Assembly: GCA_041495565.1 (NCBI GenBank)
Contig: JBGQCW010000001.1
Location: 1 to 39,013, forward strand
From: Candidatus Acidiferrum sp.
GTDB taxonomy: Bacteria > Acidobacteriota > Terriglobia > Acidiferrales > UBA7541
DNA length: 39,013 nt
Direction of reading: 5' to 3'
A program made the position numbers and the translations under genes. The first letter of the stretch is position 1. Each line of letters begins with the position of its first letter. Positions 26,448 to 35,839 of the stretch are shown one piece after another. Below the pieces are notes generated by a model that worked only from the letters and a program-made list of their open reading frames with translations, did no database searches and had not been told where the DNA came from.

Positions 26448-29400
26448 CGCGTTTGTGCCGCCATCTCTTCGGGGAGTGCAGCGGTTGCGTCTCGTTGCCG
26501 AACTTCCTTCCAGACTCGGAGAAAACTGTCAAAGAGGTGGTACCAGTAAACCAACGGCACGACCTGCGCGAGCTGGGCGATGATCCCTTCCGCTACGGTG
26601 TTCCCTTGCGCGTCTTTCTGGCACAGCGGAATCATGTCAACATCTTCGAGCGCCTCGAGTGCCGCCAGCGCAGCCTCGACGGCCGAGCGCTTCTCATTTA
26701 AATAGGCCTCAATCCTCAGGAAATCCGTCTTATGGAGACGGCCAAAGGGCCCCGAACCGTCACCCAGCAGTTGCGGATGTTTTTCGAATAGTCTCCAATC
26801 GGCGACGCCATAATTGTGCGCGCGACGGAGCAAGTCCGAGAGGGTGAAGTGGCCATGTTCGTGGACGGCACCCGCTTCCGGATGGAACTTCACTTTAAAC
26901 CCTCTTTGCACCAGGCGTGTTCCGAGATCGGTGTCTTCCGCGACGCGGAATTGTGGGTCGAAGGATCCGGCTTCGAGAACGGCGTCACGCCGGATGCTGA
27001 GATTGCACGTGATGAAGTACGCTTGATCGCAAAGTTCTCCCGGCTTCAGATTTTGCTGGGGAAAGAAAAAGGGAGACGTGTTCACCCAAAGGGAAAGCGC
27101 TCGATGGATGGATTCTTGGGAGGGACTGAATTCCCCGAGCACGGCCCACTTTTCATGAGGGTTCCGCCGGTGCACGCTTAAGTGCTCGACGAGCAGATTT
27201 GAGCCCGGGATGGTGTCATCGTTGATCAGCAGGACAAATTCGCCGCGGGCCATCTCAACGCCTTTTTGCCGCGCCGCGCCCGCGCCCTGGTTTTCCTGCC
27301 GGAAATAGCGAAGAGAAGAGTAGGGAAGAAGGATGTCGCGGCAAACTGCTTCGGTCTCGCCGGTTGAGCCGTCGTCCACGACAACCACTTCCCATCGATC
27401 CGCGGGAAGCGACTGAAACGCCAGCGCGGATAAGCAAAGCCGAAGTGTTTCCCCGCGGTTGTAAGTGGGAATCACGATGGAAATTTCCGGTGGCTTCTTC
27501 TCAGGTAGTTTCTTACCGGTGCCGCGCGATTCCGGCGGAACAGGTGTTTTCCACGGAATGGCCGGTTGTCGAAGCTCCTTCTCGCAGCGCGCGGCGGAGC
27601 TGGTATCCCCCAGTTCGCGATAGCAGCGCGCCATGTCGTTCAAAAGCGTCGAATGAAAAATGGTGGCGAGCAAGGGGCCTCGGACGGTTGTGAAAATATG
27701 CCGGAACTGTTCGAGGGCGGCGGCAGGACGACCTGCTGCGAGGTGGCGCCGGCCCATCTGCCAGTAGGCGAGGGTGCGAAGCATGTACCGGTAATTCGGG
27801 GGACGCTGCGTGAGAACTTCCGGATGCGTTTCCTCGACGGCGCGGTACGACCAAGTGTGGCGATCCTCCACGGGCCGCGGTGAAAGCGCCACGGCGCGAG
27901 AGACAATTGTCCGGATCTGCGACCGCAACCTTTCGGGCGAGAATGCCGATTGAATGAATTCCCGGCCACTCGTGGAAAGGGAAGTCCAGAGCGTTTCTTC
28001 GCGATTGAGCCTCAAGATGGCGGCGGCGAATTCCTTTGAAGAATCCGCCACCAGGCCGTGGGAGCCATGGGCGAGCTGCATGCCTTCGGCGCCGATGCTC
28101 GTGGTGACGACCGGCAGGCCATGCGCGAGCGCCATCACATTTTTCGTATTGATACCCGTGCCGAACCGAATGGGAGCGGCGAAAACGCGGTGCGCGGCAA
28201 AGAGCGGTCCGAGTTCCGCCACCTTGCCGAGACAAACAACGCCCGGGTATTTTGTTTCCACGCCGCGTGGCGCCGCGTGGCCGGCGACATACAGTTTCAG
28301 CCGGGGTTCGCTCTTGCGCGCGAGCGGCCAGACTTTGCTGAGGAACCATTCCAGCGCGTCATTATTCGCCGGATTCTCAAAGTTCCCCAGAAATAGGACG
28401 CCTTTGCGTTCCTGGAATCCGGGCCCCGGCGCGGCTTGCTGCGCAATCATTGGAAGGTATTCGGTTGCGAGGCCTGGAACAAGCTCCAGAAAACGCTTCC
28501 GATCGGCTTCCGTGATGTACAAAACCAGATCAGCGCGGCGATAAACCTCTGCTTCCCGCTGCTCGAAATCGTTGCCCCGTTCGAAATCCGACAACAATTT
28601 GCTCAATCCCGCCAAGCGTCTCTCCCGCTCGCCGTGGCGGTCGTCGGTCAGGATCGCAATGCGGGTAGACGGGGAAAATTCGCGGATTTCCTCAAGATAT
28701 TGTTCGGGGATGGAAATTCCGCCCCAAAACCAATGGCACAGAATCGCGATGTCGAACTTCCCCTTGGCGAGCACGTCACGGAACTCCCAGCTCGTTCGCT
28801 CTTCGACGCCGGCGTGGTGGAAGCGGGCGGGGTCCCCGGGAATCACTTTGATGTTCAACTCTTGGAGCGGCGGAATGTACTGCGCCGCGTCCTTCCCGTC
28901 GCGCGCCAGGAACGTGATGGCATGCCCTTGCACGCGGAGTTCGCGCAGCACATCCATTAAGCGCAGGTCAGAACCGCTGCAGTCGAAATGGGGCAAGAGT
29001 TCGTGGATCACTAGGATCGTTCGCGGCTTGACGAGCGCGGGGCCCAGCTCCTGCTTCGCCTCGAAGTCTCCGTCCTGCTTGCTTCGGCGTTCCCCCTGTG
29101 TCCCGAGCGAGAGATAAAATTCCTCGGGGTAACGATCTAGCACGCCAGTCTTTTTTCTGGCGAGCAAGAAGGTATTGTCGCCACGCCGGCCGATCGGATG
29201 TCCCTGCGCAGCCAGTGTACGCAGCACCTCCCTGCGTCTCGGCCACCAACTGTCCCGTGTGCGGAATACGATGATTTCAAATCCCGCCGCTCGCGCCAGC
29301 CGTTCCACCTCCTCCGGCGTATATTCCCGGTTGTGGCGGTCCGTGGCCCTTCCTTCCTTCTCGAACTTTCCGTAGACGTAGGGGCTCTCGCCCTTGAGCA

Positions 29401-30262
29401 AGGACTCGACGGCATGCCCGCAGGCCAGGTTCGGAGTCGTCAGCAGAAGAAATCCATCCTGTTTCAGGACGCGGTTGATCTCGCTGAACAATCCCACGGG
29501 GTCGGCAAAAAGATGCTCGAGCATCTCGCAGCAGAGCACACCGTCAAAGGACGCGTCTTCATACGGCCACGGCCGGGACTGCACGTCAAAATTGTCTACG
29601 ACGACGGAAAACTCTTCGCTGCCGGTGTTGGAGCGCACGCAGCGAGTTTCCCGCGGCTCGCCCTTCCAAATATCGGTGCAACGCACTTCGCCGTAACCCA
29701 GACGATTAACCAGGGCCGACGTCACGTGATGAAAAGCCGCACCGAGCTCCAGGATGCGCTGGCCGCTCGTTCCCTGCGGGAGCAGGAGAAGCGTGTCCAG
29801 GTAGCGCTGGAGATGGGTCTGAAAATAGGATTGCCCGTTCGGATCATCGGAAACAAAACTTCGCAGATACTGCTCGATCTCTTCCTCTTTCCCCAAGTAC
29901 GAAGGAGCTTTTGCGCGCGACTCCCTGAGCATCTGTTCAGCGGCGGCTCTTTCCTGCGGATTGCACTGGGAAAGCACCGGCTCGAGTACGGTGATGCTCT
30001 CGCGAAAGCGTGAAGAAGCGAATAGCAACGCCCCAAGATTCAACGCCGCCTGCGTATTGGCGGGCTCCATCTCCAGCGCCAATTGGAATGCCGTCTCCGC
30101 GTCGTCGTGCGCCCCCAACGCGTATTGCACGGCGCCCCAGTCGCACCAGCGTTCGCTGGATTCCTCCTCGCCGAGCGCCTCCGCCAGGAGCTTGCAGGCT
30201 TCCTCAAGCTTTCCCTGCTGGGACAGGGCGATTCCGCGCAAGTGCTTTTCCGCGGGATTCAT
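26444..30262 (-). CDS. Multidomain TPR + class I SAM methyltransferase + GT4 + TPR + GT2 protein (1272 aa)
   Basis: TPRs; ILELGA, FD.V.CCEMLEHL, G.LLLTTPN; FLGNF...N.DA, P.RFG.G..TK...A.AHGLPVVTT..GAEG; ISIVIPTYNR, VVVDDGS, INDD, ED.DLG; ATG 30262 lies just after the upstream stop. Confidence 0.88.
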   Translation of the reverse strand: MNPAEKHLRGIALSQQGKLEEACKLLAEALGEEESSERWCDWGAVQYALGAHDDAETAFQLALEMEPANTQAALNLGALLFASSRFRESITVLEPVLSQCNPQERAAAEQMLRESRAKAPSYLGKEEEIEQYLRSFVSDDPNGQSYFQTHLQRYLDTLLLLPQGTSGQRILELGAAFHHVTSALVNRLGYGEVRCTDIWKGEPRETRCVRSNTGSEEFSVVVDNFDVQSRPWPYEDASFDGVLCCEMLEHLFADPVGLFSEINRVLKQDGFLLLTTPNLACGHAVESLLKGESPYVYGKFEKEGRATDRHNREYTPEEVERLARAAGFEIIVFRTRDSWWPRRREVLRTLAAQGHPIGRRGDNTFLLARKKTGVLDRYPEEFYLSLGTQGERRSKQDGDFEAKQELGPALVKPRTILVIHELLPHFDCSGSDLRLMDVLRELRVQGHAITFLARDGKDAAQYIPPLQELNIKVIPGDPARFHHAGVEERTSWEFRDVLAKGKFDIAILCHWFWGGISIPEQYLEEIREFSPSTRIAILTDDRHGERERRLAGLSKLLSDFERGNDFEQREAEVYRRADLVLYITEADRKRFLELVPGLATEYLPMIAQQAAPGPGFQERKGVLFLGNFENPANNDALEWFLSKVWPLARKSEPRLKLYVAGHAAPRGVETKYPGVVCLGKVAELGPLFAAHRVFAAPIRFGTGINTKNVMALAHGLPVVTTSIGAEGMQLAHGSHGLVADSSKEFAAAILRLNREETLWTSLSTSGREFIQSAFSPERLRSQIRTIVSRAVALSPRPVEDRHTWSYRAVEETHPEVLTQRPPNYRYMLRTLAYWQMGRRHLAAGRPAAALEQFRHIFTTVRGPLLATIFHSTLLNDMARCYRELGDTSSAARCEKELRQPAIPWKTPVPPESRGTGKKLPEKKPPEISIVIPTYNRGETLRLCLSALAFQSLPADRWEVVVVDDGSTGETEAVCRDILLPYSSLRYFRQENQGAGAARQKGVEMARGEFVLLINDDTIPGSNLLVEHLSVHRRNPHEKWAVLGEFSPSQESIHRALSLWVNTSPFFFPQQNLKPGELCDQAYFITCNLSIRRDAVLEAGSFDPQFRVAEDTDLGTRLVQRGFKVKFHPEAGAVHEHGHFTLSDLLRRAHNYGVADWRLFEKHPQLLGDGSGPFGRLHKTDFLRIEAYLNEKRSAVEAALAALEALEDVDMIPLCQKDAQGNTVAEGIIAQLAQVVPLVYWYHLFDSFLRVWKEVRQRDATAALPEEMAAQTR

Positions 30263-30264
30263 GT

Positions 30265-32274
30265 TCAGGACCCGGCCGTCTTGATTCCGAGGAAGCGCCA
30301 CAATCCCACGCACAAGCGGCGCACCACGGAGTCGCACGCTTCGGCAAAAAGCTCCGGCTGGTTTTCCAGCCGGATAATTTGCTGGCTGGCGTGCGCGTAG
30401 AGTTGGGCAACTTTCGTCATGCGGTGGCGGATGCGCTTTTGCAGGGCAGGCCGAAGTCCGGGATAAATCTCCTGCTCCAATCTTTTGCACATCTCGGAAA
30501 CGCGCGGGGCATGCCAGAGGACGTGATCCACGCTGCTGAAGCGTTCGACGGAACTCAGTTTCACGCCGGCGCGCGCGAAAGCGCTCATGTAGAATTTCTC
30601 GCCGCGCTCATAGCCGACGGTGTAATGTTCCGCCGGCTCTCCGGTTGCCAATTGCCAGTATTCGATGGCCTGCGGGCGGGAGAGCACGGTCAGTCCCGTA
30701 AGCCCATAGTGGTGGTCGCTCATCATCTGATCGATTCCGTACTTGTTGGGGATCTGGATGTAAACCACTCCGCCCGGCTGCAACATGCTGCAAAGCGACC
30801 GAATCACCGTCGAAGGATCCAGCACGTGTTCGAGCACGTCCTGGCAGATGACCACATCAAACGTGCCTAGGGTATCGTTCATGCCCGGAGAGCAAATATC
30901 CGCTTCGTGATAGGGAATCTGCATGGCGAGGTCCGCCAGCCGCTGCTTACCCATGCGTGCCCGTTCTGGATCAATCTCCACGCCGACGACGTTGGCTCCT
31001 TGCTCCGCCATGGAGATGAGCATGCCCCCATAACCGGAGCCGACGTCGAGCACGCGTTTTCCGCGCAGCGGCGTCACTTGCCGGACCATGCGCACAATTT
31101 CCCGCCCGCGCTGAATCTCGCGCCCGGCATACTCGCGCCACACGGCGGCGTTGTGACCGACGGCATATTCGGCGGTGGACAGCCGATGCGCGAAGGCCGG
31201 AGGGAAATAACCGCGGTCTGCCTGGCTTTGCTCGATTCCTTGCTGCACGCGATGGAGTTCGTTGGGCGGGCAATTCTCCAGCAAGGTCTTATATTCGTTA
31301 AAGGCGAGGTCGTCCATTCCCGCGCCGCGCAAGATGTCCGCCAGCAAAAAGCGCGCCTCCCGATCCTTGGGATACCGGCCGGTCAGGTTATAGGCCAGGT
31401 TTTTCAGTGCGGACGCCGCGCCGTTCCACTGCCGGTGCACGGCCATGAGTTCGTTGGACGGCGCGCTTCCTTCGGCTTCCGCGGCAACGGGAGCAGGTTT
31501 CTCCAGGAGAACCATGGCCGAGCCGTTCCCGCGGCAGAGCACTCTTGCCGAAAATCCAATCTTTCCTGCGGCCGCGCACACCGCGGTAGACGAATTCCAG
31601 TGCATCAAGTTCAGTGCCCGCCCGAGTTCACGATATTTTTCGAGCACGACTCCAAAGTAGCGGTCCGTCTTGACGTCCAGGCAATCCGTGTCGCTCATCC
31701 CAAAGACGAAAAGCCCGCCGGGCTCCAGGATTTCGAAGAGCTGAGTGAAATAGAGAACAATGTCGAAGAAATTAAAATGAATGAAAACGGCGTTGGAGTA
31801 GCCCTTATTGATGCGCTTCCCGGCGAGGAATTCCAGTTTGGCAAACTCCATCTGGTGAAATTCCACATTCGGAAATTGCCGCAGTTCGTCTTTGCAGAAA
31901 TCCAGAAACTGGTCGCTGATGTCCAGGCAGTACAACCGGCTGCAGAGCGGCGCGAACGCCCGGCCGATGAACCCGCAATTGCTTCCCAGATCCAGCACTC
32001 GGTCGCCGGGCTGGACTTTCAACGTGTCAAGGAGGAATTGGGCCTCGTTCAGTTTGTAGGCCCGAATCTCGTCCAGTTTGCTCTCCGGGTCGGGGCCAAA
32101 ATCATTCCCGACCAAGGCGTAGAGGAGCCTACGGCGGTCGGGGAACTCCCACCGCGCCGCGGCTTCGAGGTCATGGGCTTCAGGTGTACCTTGTGGATGG
32201 GATGATTGGTTGTCGGGAGTTGCGAGATCGCTCCCTGCTTCTTCCGCGCCGCGAGTTGCTGTCTGTTTTTCCAT
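30265..32274 (-). CDS. Tandem class I SAM-dependent methyltransferase with a TPR-like linker
   Basis: VLDLGSNCG...LEPGGLF and VLDVGSGYG...FDVVICQDVLEHV..LQPGG; GAGGA SD before ATG 32274. Confidence 0.85.
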   Translation of the reverse strand: MEKQTATRGAEEAGSDLATPDNQSSHPQGTPEAHDLEAAARWEFPDRRRLLYALVGNDFGPDPESKLDEIRAYKLNEAQFLLDTLKVQPGDRVLDLGSNCGFIGRAFAPLCSRLYCLDISDQFLDFCKDELRQFPNVEFHQMEFAKLEFLAGKRINKGYSNAVFIHFNFFDIVLYFTQLFEILEPGGLFVFGMSDTDCLDVKTDRYFGVVLEKYRELGRALNLMHWNSSTAVCAAAGKIGFSARVLCRGNGSAMVLLEKPAPVAAEAEGSAPSNELMAVHRQWNGAASALKNLAYNLTGRYPKDREARFLLADILRGAGMDDLAFNEYKTLLENCPPNELHRVQQGIEQSQADRGYFPPAFAHRLSTAEYAVGHNAAVWREYAGREIQRGREIVRMVRQVTPLRGKRVLDVGSGYGGMLISMAEQGANVVGVEIDPERARMGKQRLADLAMQIPYHEADICSPGMNDTLGTFDVVICQDVLEHVLDPSTVIRSLCSMLQPGGVVYIQIPNKYGIDQMMSDHHYGLTGLTVLSRPQAIEYWQLATGEPAEHYTVGYERGEKFYMSAFARAGVKLSSVERFSSVDHVLWHAPRVSEMCKRLEQEIYPGLRPALQKRIRHRMTKVAQLYAHASQQIIRLENQPELFAEACDSVVRRLCVGLWRFLGIKTAGS

Positions 32275-32314
32275 GCCCGTTCCTCGATCGAGAAGACACC
32301 CTGATTTCTGCTGG

Positions 32315-32341
32315 CCATCGGCCAAGGAGGTTTGTTCTTTC
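32315..32341 (-). promoter_or_regulatory. Possible sigma28 promoter for the methyltransferase/GT operon
   Basis: On the - strand, GAAA-N15-GCCGATGG, 40 nt above the ATG. Confidence 0.45.
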
Positions 32342-32747
32342 GAATTCTTGCTTCCTGCTCGCGGACGAACCCGCTCTCCGAACTACGAATTTGAACTGTT
32401 TTCAGAAGCAACTCGCAAAAATCGCATGCCCGGCGGAAGCGGTTCTCGCCGGGCGGTCATTTCTTTCGGAAGCCGGCTCCAAGGAAAGGCCAAACAGGGC
32501 AGCCCGCCCCGATGTGGATGAATTTCGAACCACTCGGAATCTCGGCCGCAATTCCATTTCGGAACCGGTTCCATTCCGTTCCTGAAGGAATTGTTTGGCT
32601 GGACCGCGCGGCGATTCACTCCATGGGCTTTGCAAGGCCCTCTCGGACAGTTCCCGCCCCGAGCCTGGCACCGCGACAAATTTAAATGCACGCATTAGGC
32701 CAATAAGAGTTTTCCAATGTTCAGGGGACAGCGAGAAAAATGGAGGC

Positions 32748-32774
32748 TGAACTGCTCTGACAATCTGCCGATAG
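32748..32774 (+). promoter_or_regulatory. Sigma28 promoter for flbD-motAB
   Basis: TGAA-N15-GCCGATAG. Confidence 0.65.
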
Positions 32775-32829
32775 AGAGAGGGGCGTTCGATATGCCGTGG
32801 ATCTCCCTGAGCGGTCGACGTCACGAAAG

Positions 32830-33093
32830 ATGATTCAACTCACGCGACTGAATAATCAGCCCCTGATCGTCAATTCCGACCTCATCAAATTTGTCGAAAA
32901 CGTGCCGGATACCGTTCTGACGCTGGTCACGGGAGAGAAAATCGTGGTCCGGGAAGCCTCCCAGGAGGTCCTTGCCAAGATTGTAGAATTTCGCCGGAAC
33001 ATCTTCTCCGGGCTTCCCCTCAAGGTGATGCAATTGCTCGAAGGCCAAGCGGCTGGTAGTGCCTTGCCCGAAAAAGAGGGGGGGGACATCTGA
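32830..33093 (+). CDS. flbD: FlbD/SwrD family flagellar protein
   Basis: MIQLTRLN.......N.DLI.F.E..PDT.LTL..GEK..V.E. Confidence 0.92.
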   Translation: MIQLTRLNNQPLIVNSDLIKFVENVPDTVLTLVTGEKIVVREASQEVLAKIVEFRRNIFSGLPLKVMQLLEGQAAGSALPEKEGGDI

Positions 33094-33104
33094 GGGCCCC
33101 CGTC

Positions 33105-33881
33105 TTGGACAAGAGCAGCTTTGCGGGTCTCGCCATTGCGCTCGGCGGAATTCTTGCCGGTCTCATCCTCGAAGGAGGGAAGATCACGCAGATTCTGCAG
33201 CCCACCGCTGCGCTGATTGTGTTTGGCGGAACTCTGGGCGCGGTGCTGCTGCAATTTCCCCTGCGGGTGGTCCTGGCGGCCTTTCGACATCTCGGCAACG
33301 TCTTTTTCGACAAGTCCAAGGATCCCCGCGTCCTGATCGCGGAAATAGTGGAGTATGCGCACAAAGCGCGAAAAGAGGGAATCATATCCCTCGACAAAGA
33401 ACTCCAGACCATTCAGGAGCCTTTCCTGAAGAAAACATTAATGCTAGCCATCGATGGTACGGAACCGCAGGAAATCCGGAACATGATGGGGCTGGAACTC
33501 GATAATCAGGCCGAACACTCAGAGAATATTCCAAGAGTATTCGAAGCTGCTGGCGGCTTTTCACCGACGATTGGCATTATCGGCGCCGTCCTCGGCTTGA
33601 TTCAAGTCATGCAGCATCTCGACGATATGTCCGAAGTTGGCCGCGGCATCGCGGTCGCTTTCGTTGCCACCATCTACGGTGTCGGCGCCGCAAATCTGTT
33701 TTTCCTTCCGGTCTCCGGAAAGATCAAGATTCGCATCCGGCAGGAGCAGACGTTACGTGAAATGGTGCTTGAAGGCGTCATCTCTATCCTCGAAGGCATG
33801 AATCCTCGGATGATTGAAACCAAGCTGATGGCTTTTTTCTCCGAAGCGCATGAGCAGGCCGACAAGAAGCTCACGGTATGA
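33105..33881 (+). CDS. motA: Flagellar stator MotA
   Basis: A.LIV.GGT.GA, ARKEG..SL, IDG, GG.SPT.GIIGAV.GLI, VAFVAT.YG. Confidence 0.95.
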   Translation: MDKSSFAGLAIALGGILAGLILEGGKITQILQPTAALIVFGGTLGAVLLQFPLRVVLAAFRHLGNVFFDKSKDPRVLIAEIVEYAHKARKEGIISLDKELQTIQEPFLKKTLMLAIDGTEPQEIRNMMGLELDNQAEHSENIPRVFEAAGGFSPTIGIIGAVLGLIQVMQHLDDMSEVGRGIAVAFVATIYGVGAANLFFLPVSGKIKIRIRQEQTLREMVLEGVISILEGMNPRMIETKLMAFFSEAHEQADKKLTV

Positions 33882-34741
33882 GACGCAAGAGAAGACCGGA
33901 AGACCACGTCAGCCAAGATCGCTGGCTTGTTTCCTACGCCGATTTCATCACCCTGCTCTTCGCTTTCTTCGTGGTTCTCTATGCGTCTTCACAGGTCGAT
34001 AAACGCAAGATGGGCAAGCTCGCGCTCTCCATCCAGGTGGCCTTTCAAGAACTTGGAGTGTTCGACACTTCGAACACCAAGATTCCCTTGAGCGACACCG
34101 AGGCGGTTCCTTTCTCCAAAGTGCAGGTAGTCGAAAATGCCGAACGCACGACGGACCTGACACGTATTGTCCAGCCCATGAAAGGCATCCTCGGCCCCTC
34201 ACCTGGGGCAAGGCCGCTCAAAGACATCCAGGCAGAGCTGGAAAGGGTGCTGGCACCGGAAATTCAAAAGCACGTAGTGGAAGTGAGGGCGCGCCGTGAA
34301 GGTTTGGTGGTGAGTCTTCGTGAAATCGGTTTCTATGAAAGCGGGTCATCGGCGCTTCGCCCATCCGGGCGCGATGCCATCGATCGTCTCGCGGCGATTC
34401 TGAAGCCCCGCACGGAAGCGCTGCGGATTGAAGGTCACACGGACAATATTCCGATTCACAATACTCACTTTGCTTCCAACTGGGAGCTCTCCACCGCGCG
34501 CGCCTCCGATCTGATCAAGCAGCTGGTCGACCGCTATCATCTCGAACCCCAGCGGCTCTCGGCTGCCGGTTACGCCGAGTATCATCCGGTGACCTCGAAC
34601 GACACGCCGGAAGGTCGCGCGCGGAATCGGCGCGTGGATATCGTCATCCTCAATCCACCTGCACCGGGGCAAGTAGTGGACTCACCTCCAAACGCTCCCG
34701 TTGCCGCCAACGCCGGCGGCACGTCTCCAGCACGGAACTAA
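33878..34741 (+). CDS. motB: Flagellar stator MotB (OmpA-like C-domain)
   Basis: WLVSYADFITLLFAFFVVLY, IEGHTD, SNWELS.ARA, GR..NRRV. Confidence 0.96.
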   Translation: MRRKRRPEDHVSQDRWLVSYADFITLLFAFFVVLYASSQVDKRKMGKLALSIQVAFQELGVFDTSNTKIPLSDTEAVPFSKVQVVENAERTTDLTRIVQPMKGILGPSPGARPLKDIQAELERVLAPEIQKHVVEVRARREGLVVSLREIGFYESGSSALRPSGRDAIDRLAAILKPRTEALRIEGHTDNIPIHNTHFASNWELSTARASDLIKQLVDRYHLEPQRLSAAGYAEYHPVTSNDTPEGRARNRRVDIVILNPPAPGQVVDSPPNAPVAANAGGTSPARN

Positions 34742-34829
34742 GCACCGTTGACTCGCTAAGACCTGTCCCAGGCGGTTCAGGCTCGTTCGCCGCAGATTGA
34801 TGATGCTCTTTGCGGCAACACTCGCTCGC

Positions 34830-35677
34830 ATTGTCCCGCAACACACGCCAGTCCCGCGAAGTCCACGCGCGCGCCGTCATTCTCTGCGCGCAATCGCAAG
34901 AATCCTTGCGCATTTTGCTCAACTCCGCCACGGCGCAATATTCGAACGGCATTGCCAATTCCAGCGGCGTCCTCGGCCATTACCTCACCGCGCATGTCCG
35001 GAGCGGCGGCGGCAGCGGCGAATTCCCCGCCTTGGGCGCAAAGCCTTCTCTCGGCGCACCCGTAAAGCCGCTCGGCATCTACATCGCGCGCTTCCGCAAT
35101 TTGCGGAACGCTCCGCCCTACAAAAAATTCCTCCGCGGCTTTGGCTACGAAGGCGAGTCCTCGACGGAATTCAACTGGGACGCCCCGGTTTCGGCGAAGC
35201 TTACAAGAAAGCTCTTCGCGAACCTCGCACCAGCATCGAAATCACGGCTTCGGCGAAGTCCTTCCGCGCTGGGACAATTTCGTCGAGCTAGACCCTAATG
35301 TGAAGGACGTTTACCGAATTCCCGTCCTCAAGATCCACATGTCCGGCGGCGAAAATGAACGCGCCATGATCCAGGACATGGGCGACTCTGCCGGCGAAAT
35401 GCTCGAAGCCGCGGGCGCAAAAAACATTCGTACCCACGCCCATCCCTCCGCTCCCCGTTGGGCGCTCCACGAAGCCGGCATCGCCCGCATGGGCGGCAAC
35501 CCGAAGAAATTCGTCCTCAACCAGTTTCAGCAAACCCACGACGTCAAGAATCTTTTCGTCATGGATGTTTCCGGCTTCCCCTCGAATCCCTGCCAAAATC
35601 CCACGCTCACCATCATGGCTCTGTGCGTCCGTTCTTGCGATTACTTCATGTCTGAATTGAAGCGCAACTCACTCTAG
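34830..35677 (+). pseudogene. 5'-truncated GMC-family oxidoreductase with two frameshifts
   Basis: Pieces in three frames: A.AV.LCA...ES.RILLNS..ANSSG.LG.YL / GFGEAYKK / GFGEVLP..DN.V.LDP...HE.G.ARMG..P...VLN.F.Q.HDV.NLFV.D...QNPTLT.MAL; no FAD-binding N-terminus. Confidence 0.85.
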
Positions 35678-35839
35678 GTTCCTCCACAGGGGGAATTCCC
35701 CCGGACAGACACGCACCCACCGCGCCCACTCTGCAGACGAGCCGTTTTCCACTGCCATCCTGATTTTTTGTTGATTCTTGAGGTGATTGCCGCGACTTCA
35801 CTTCCGCGCGGTTCAAAACCGAGCAAGGTAGATCTCAAA

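Noticed and set aside
30263-30490. N-terminal extension of the large GT in the ORF track; likewise extensions of flhB, flgH, flgI and flgK
   Set aside because: They overlap upstream genes; downstream ATGs with SD or coupling fit better
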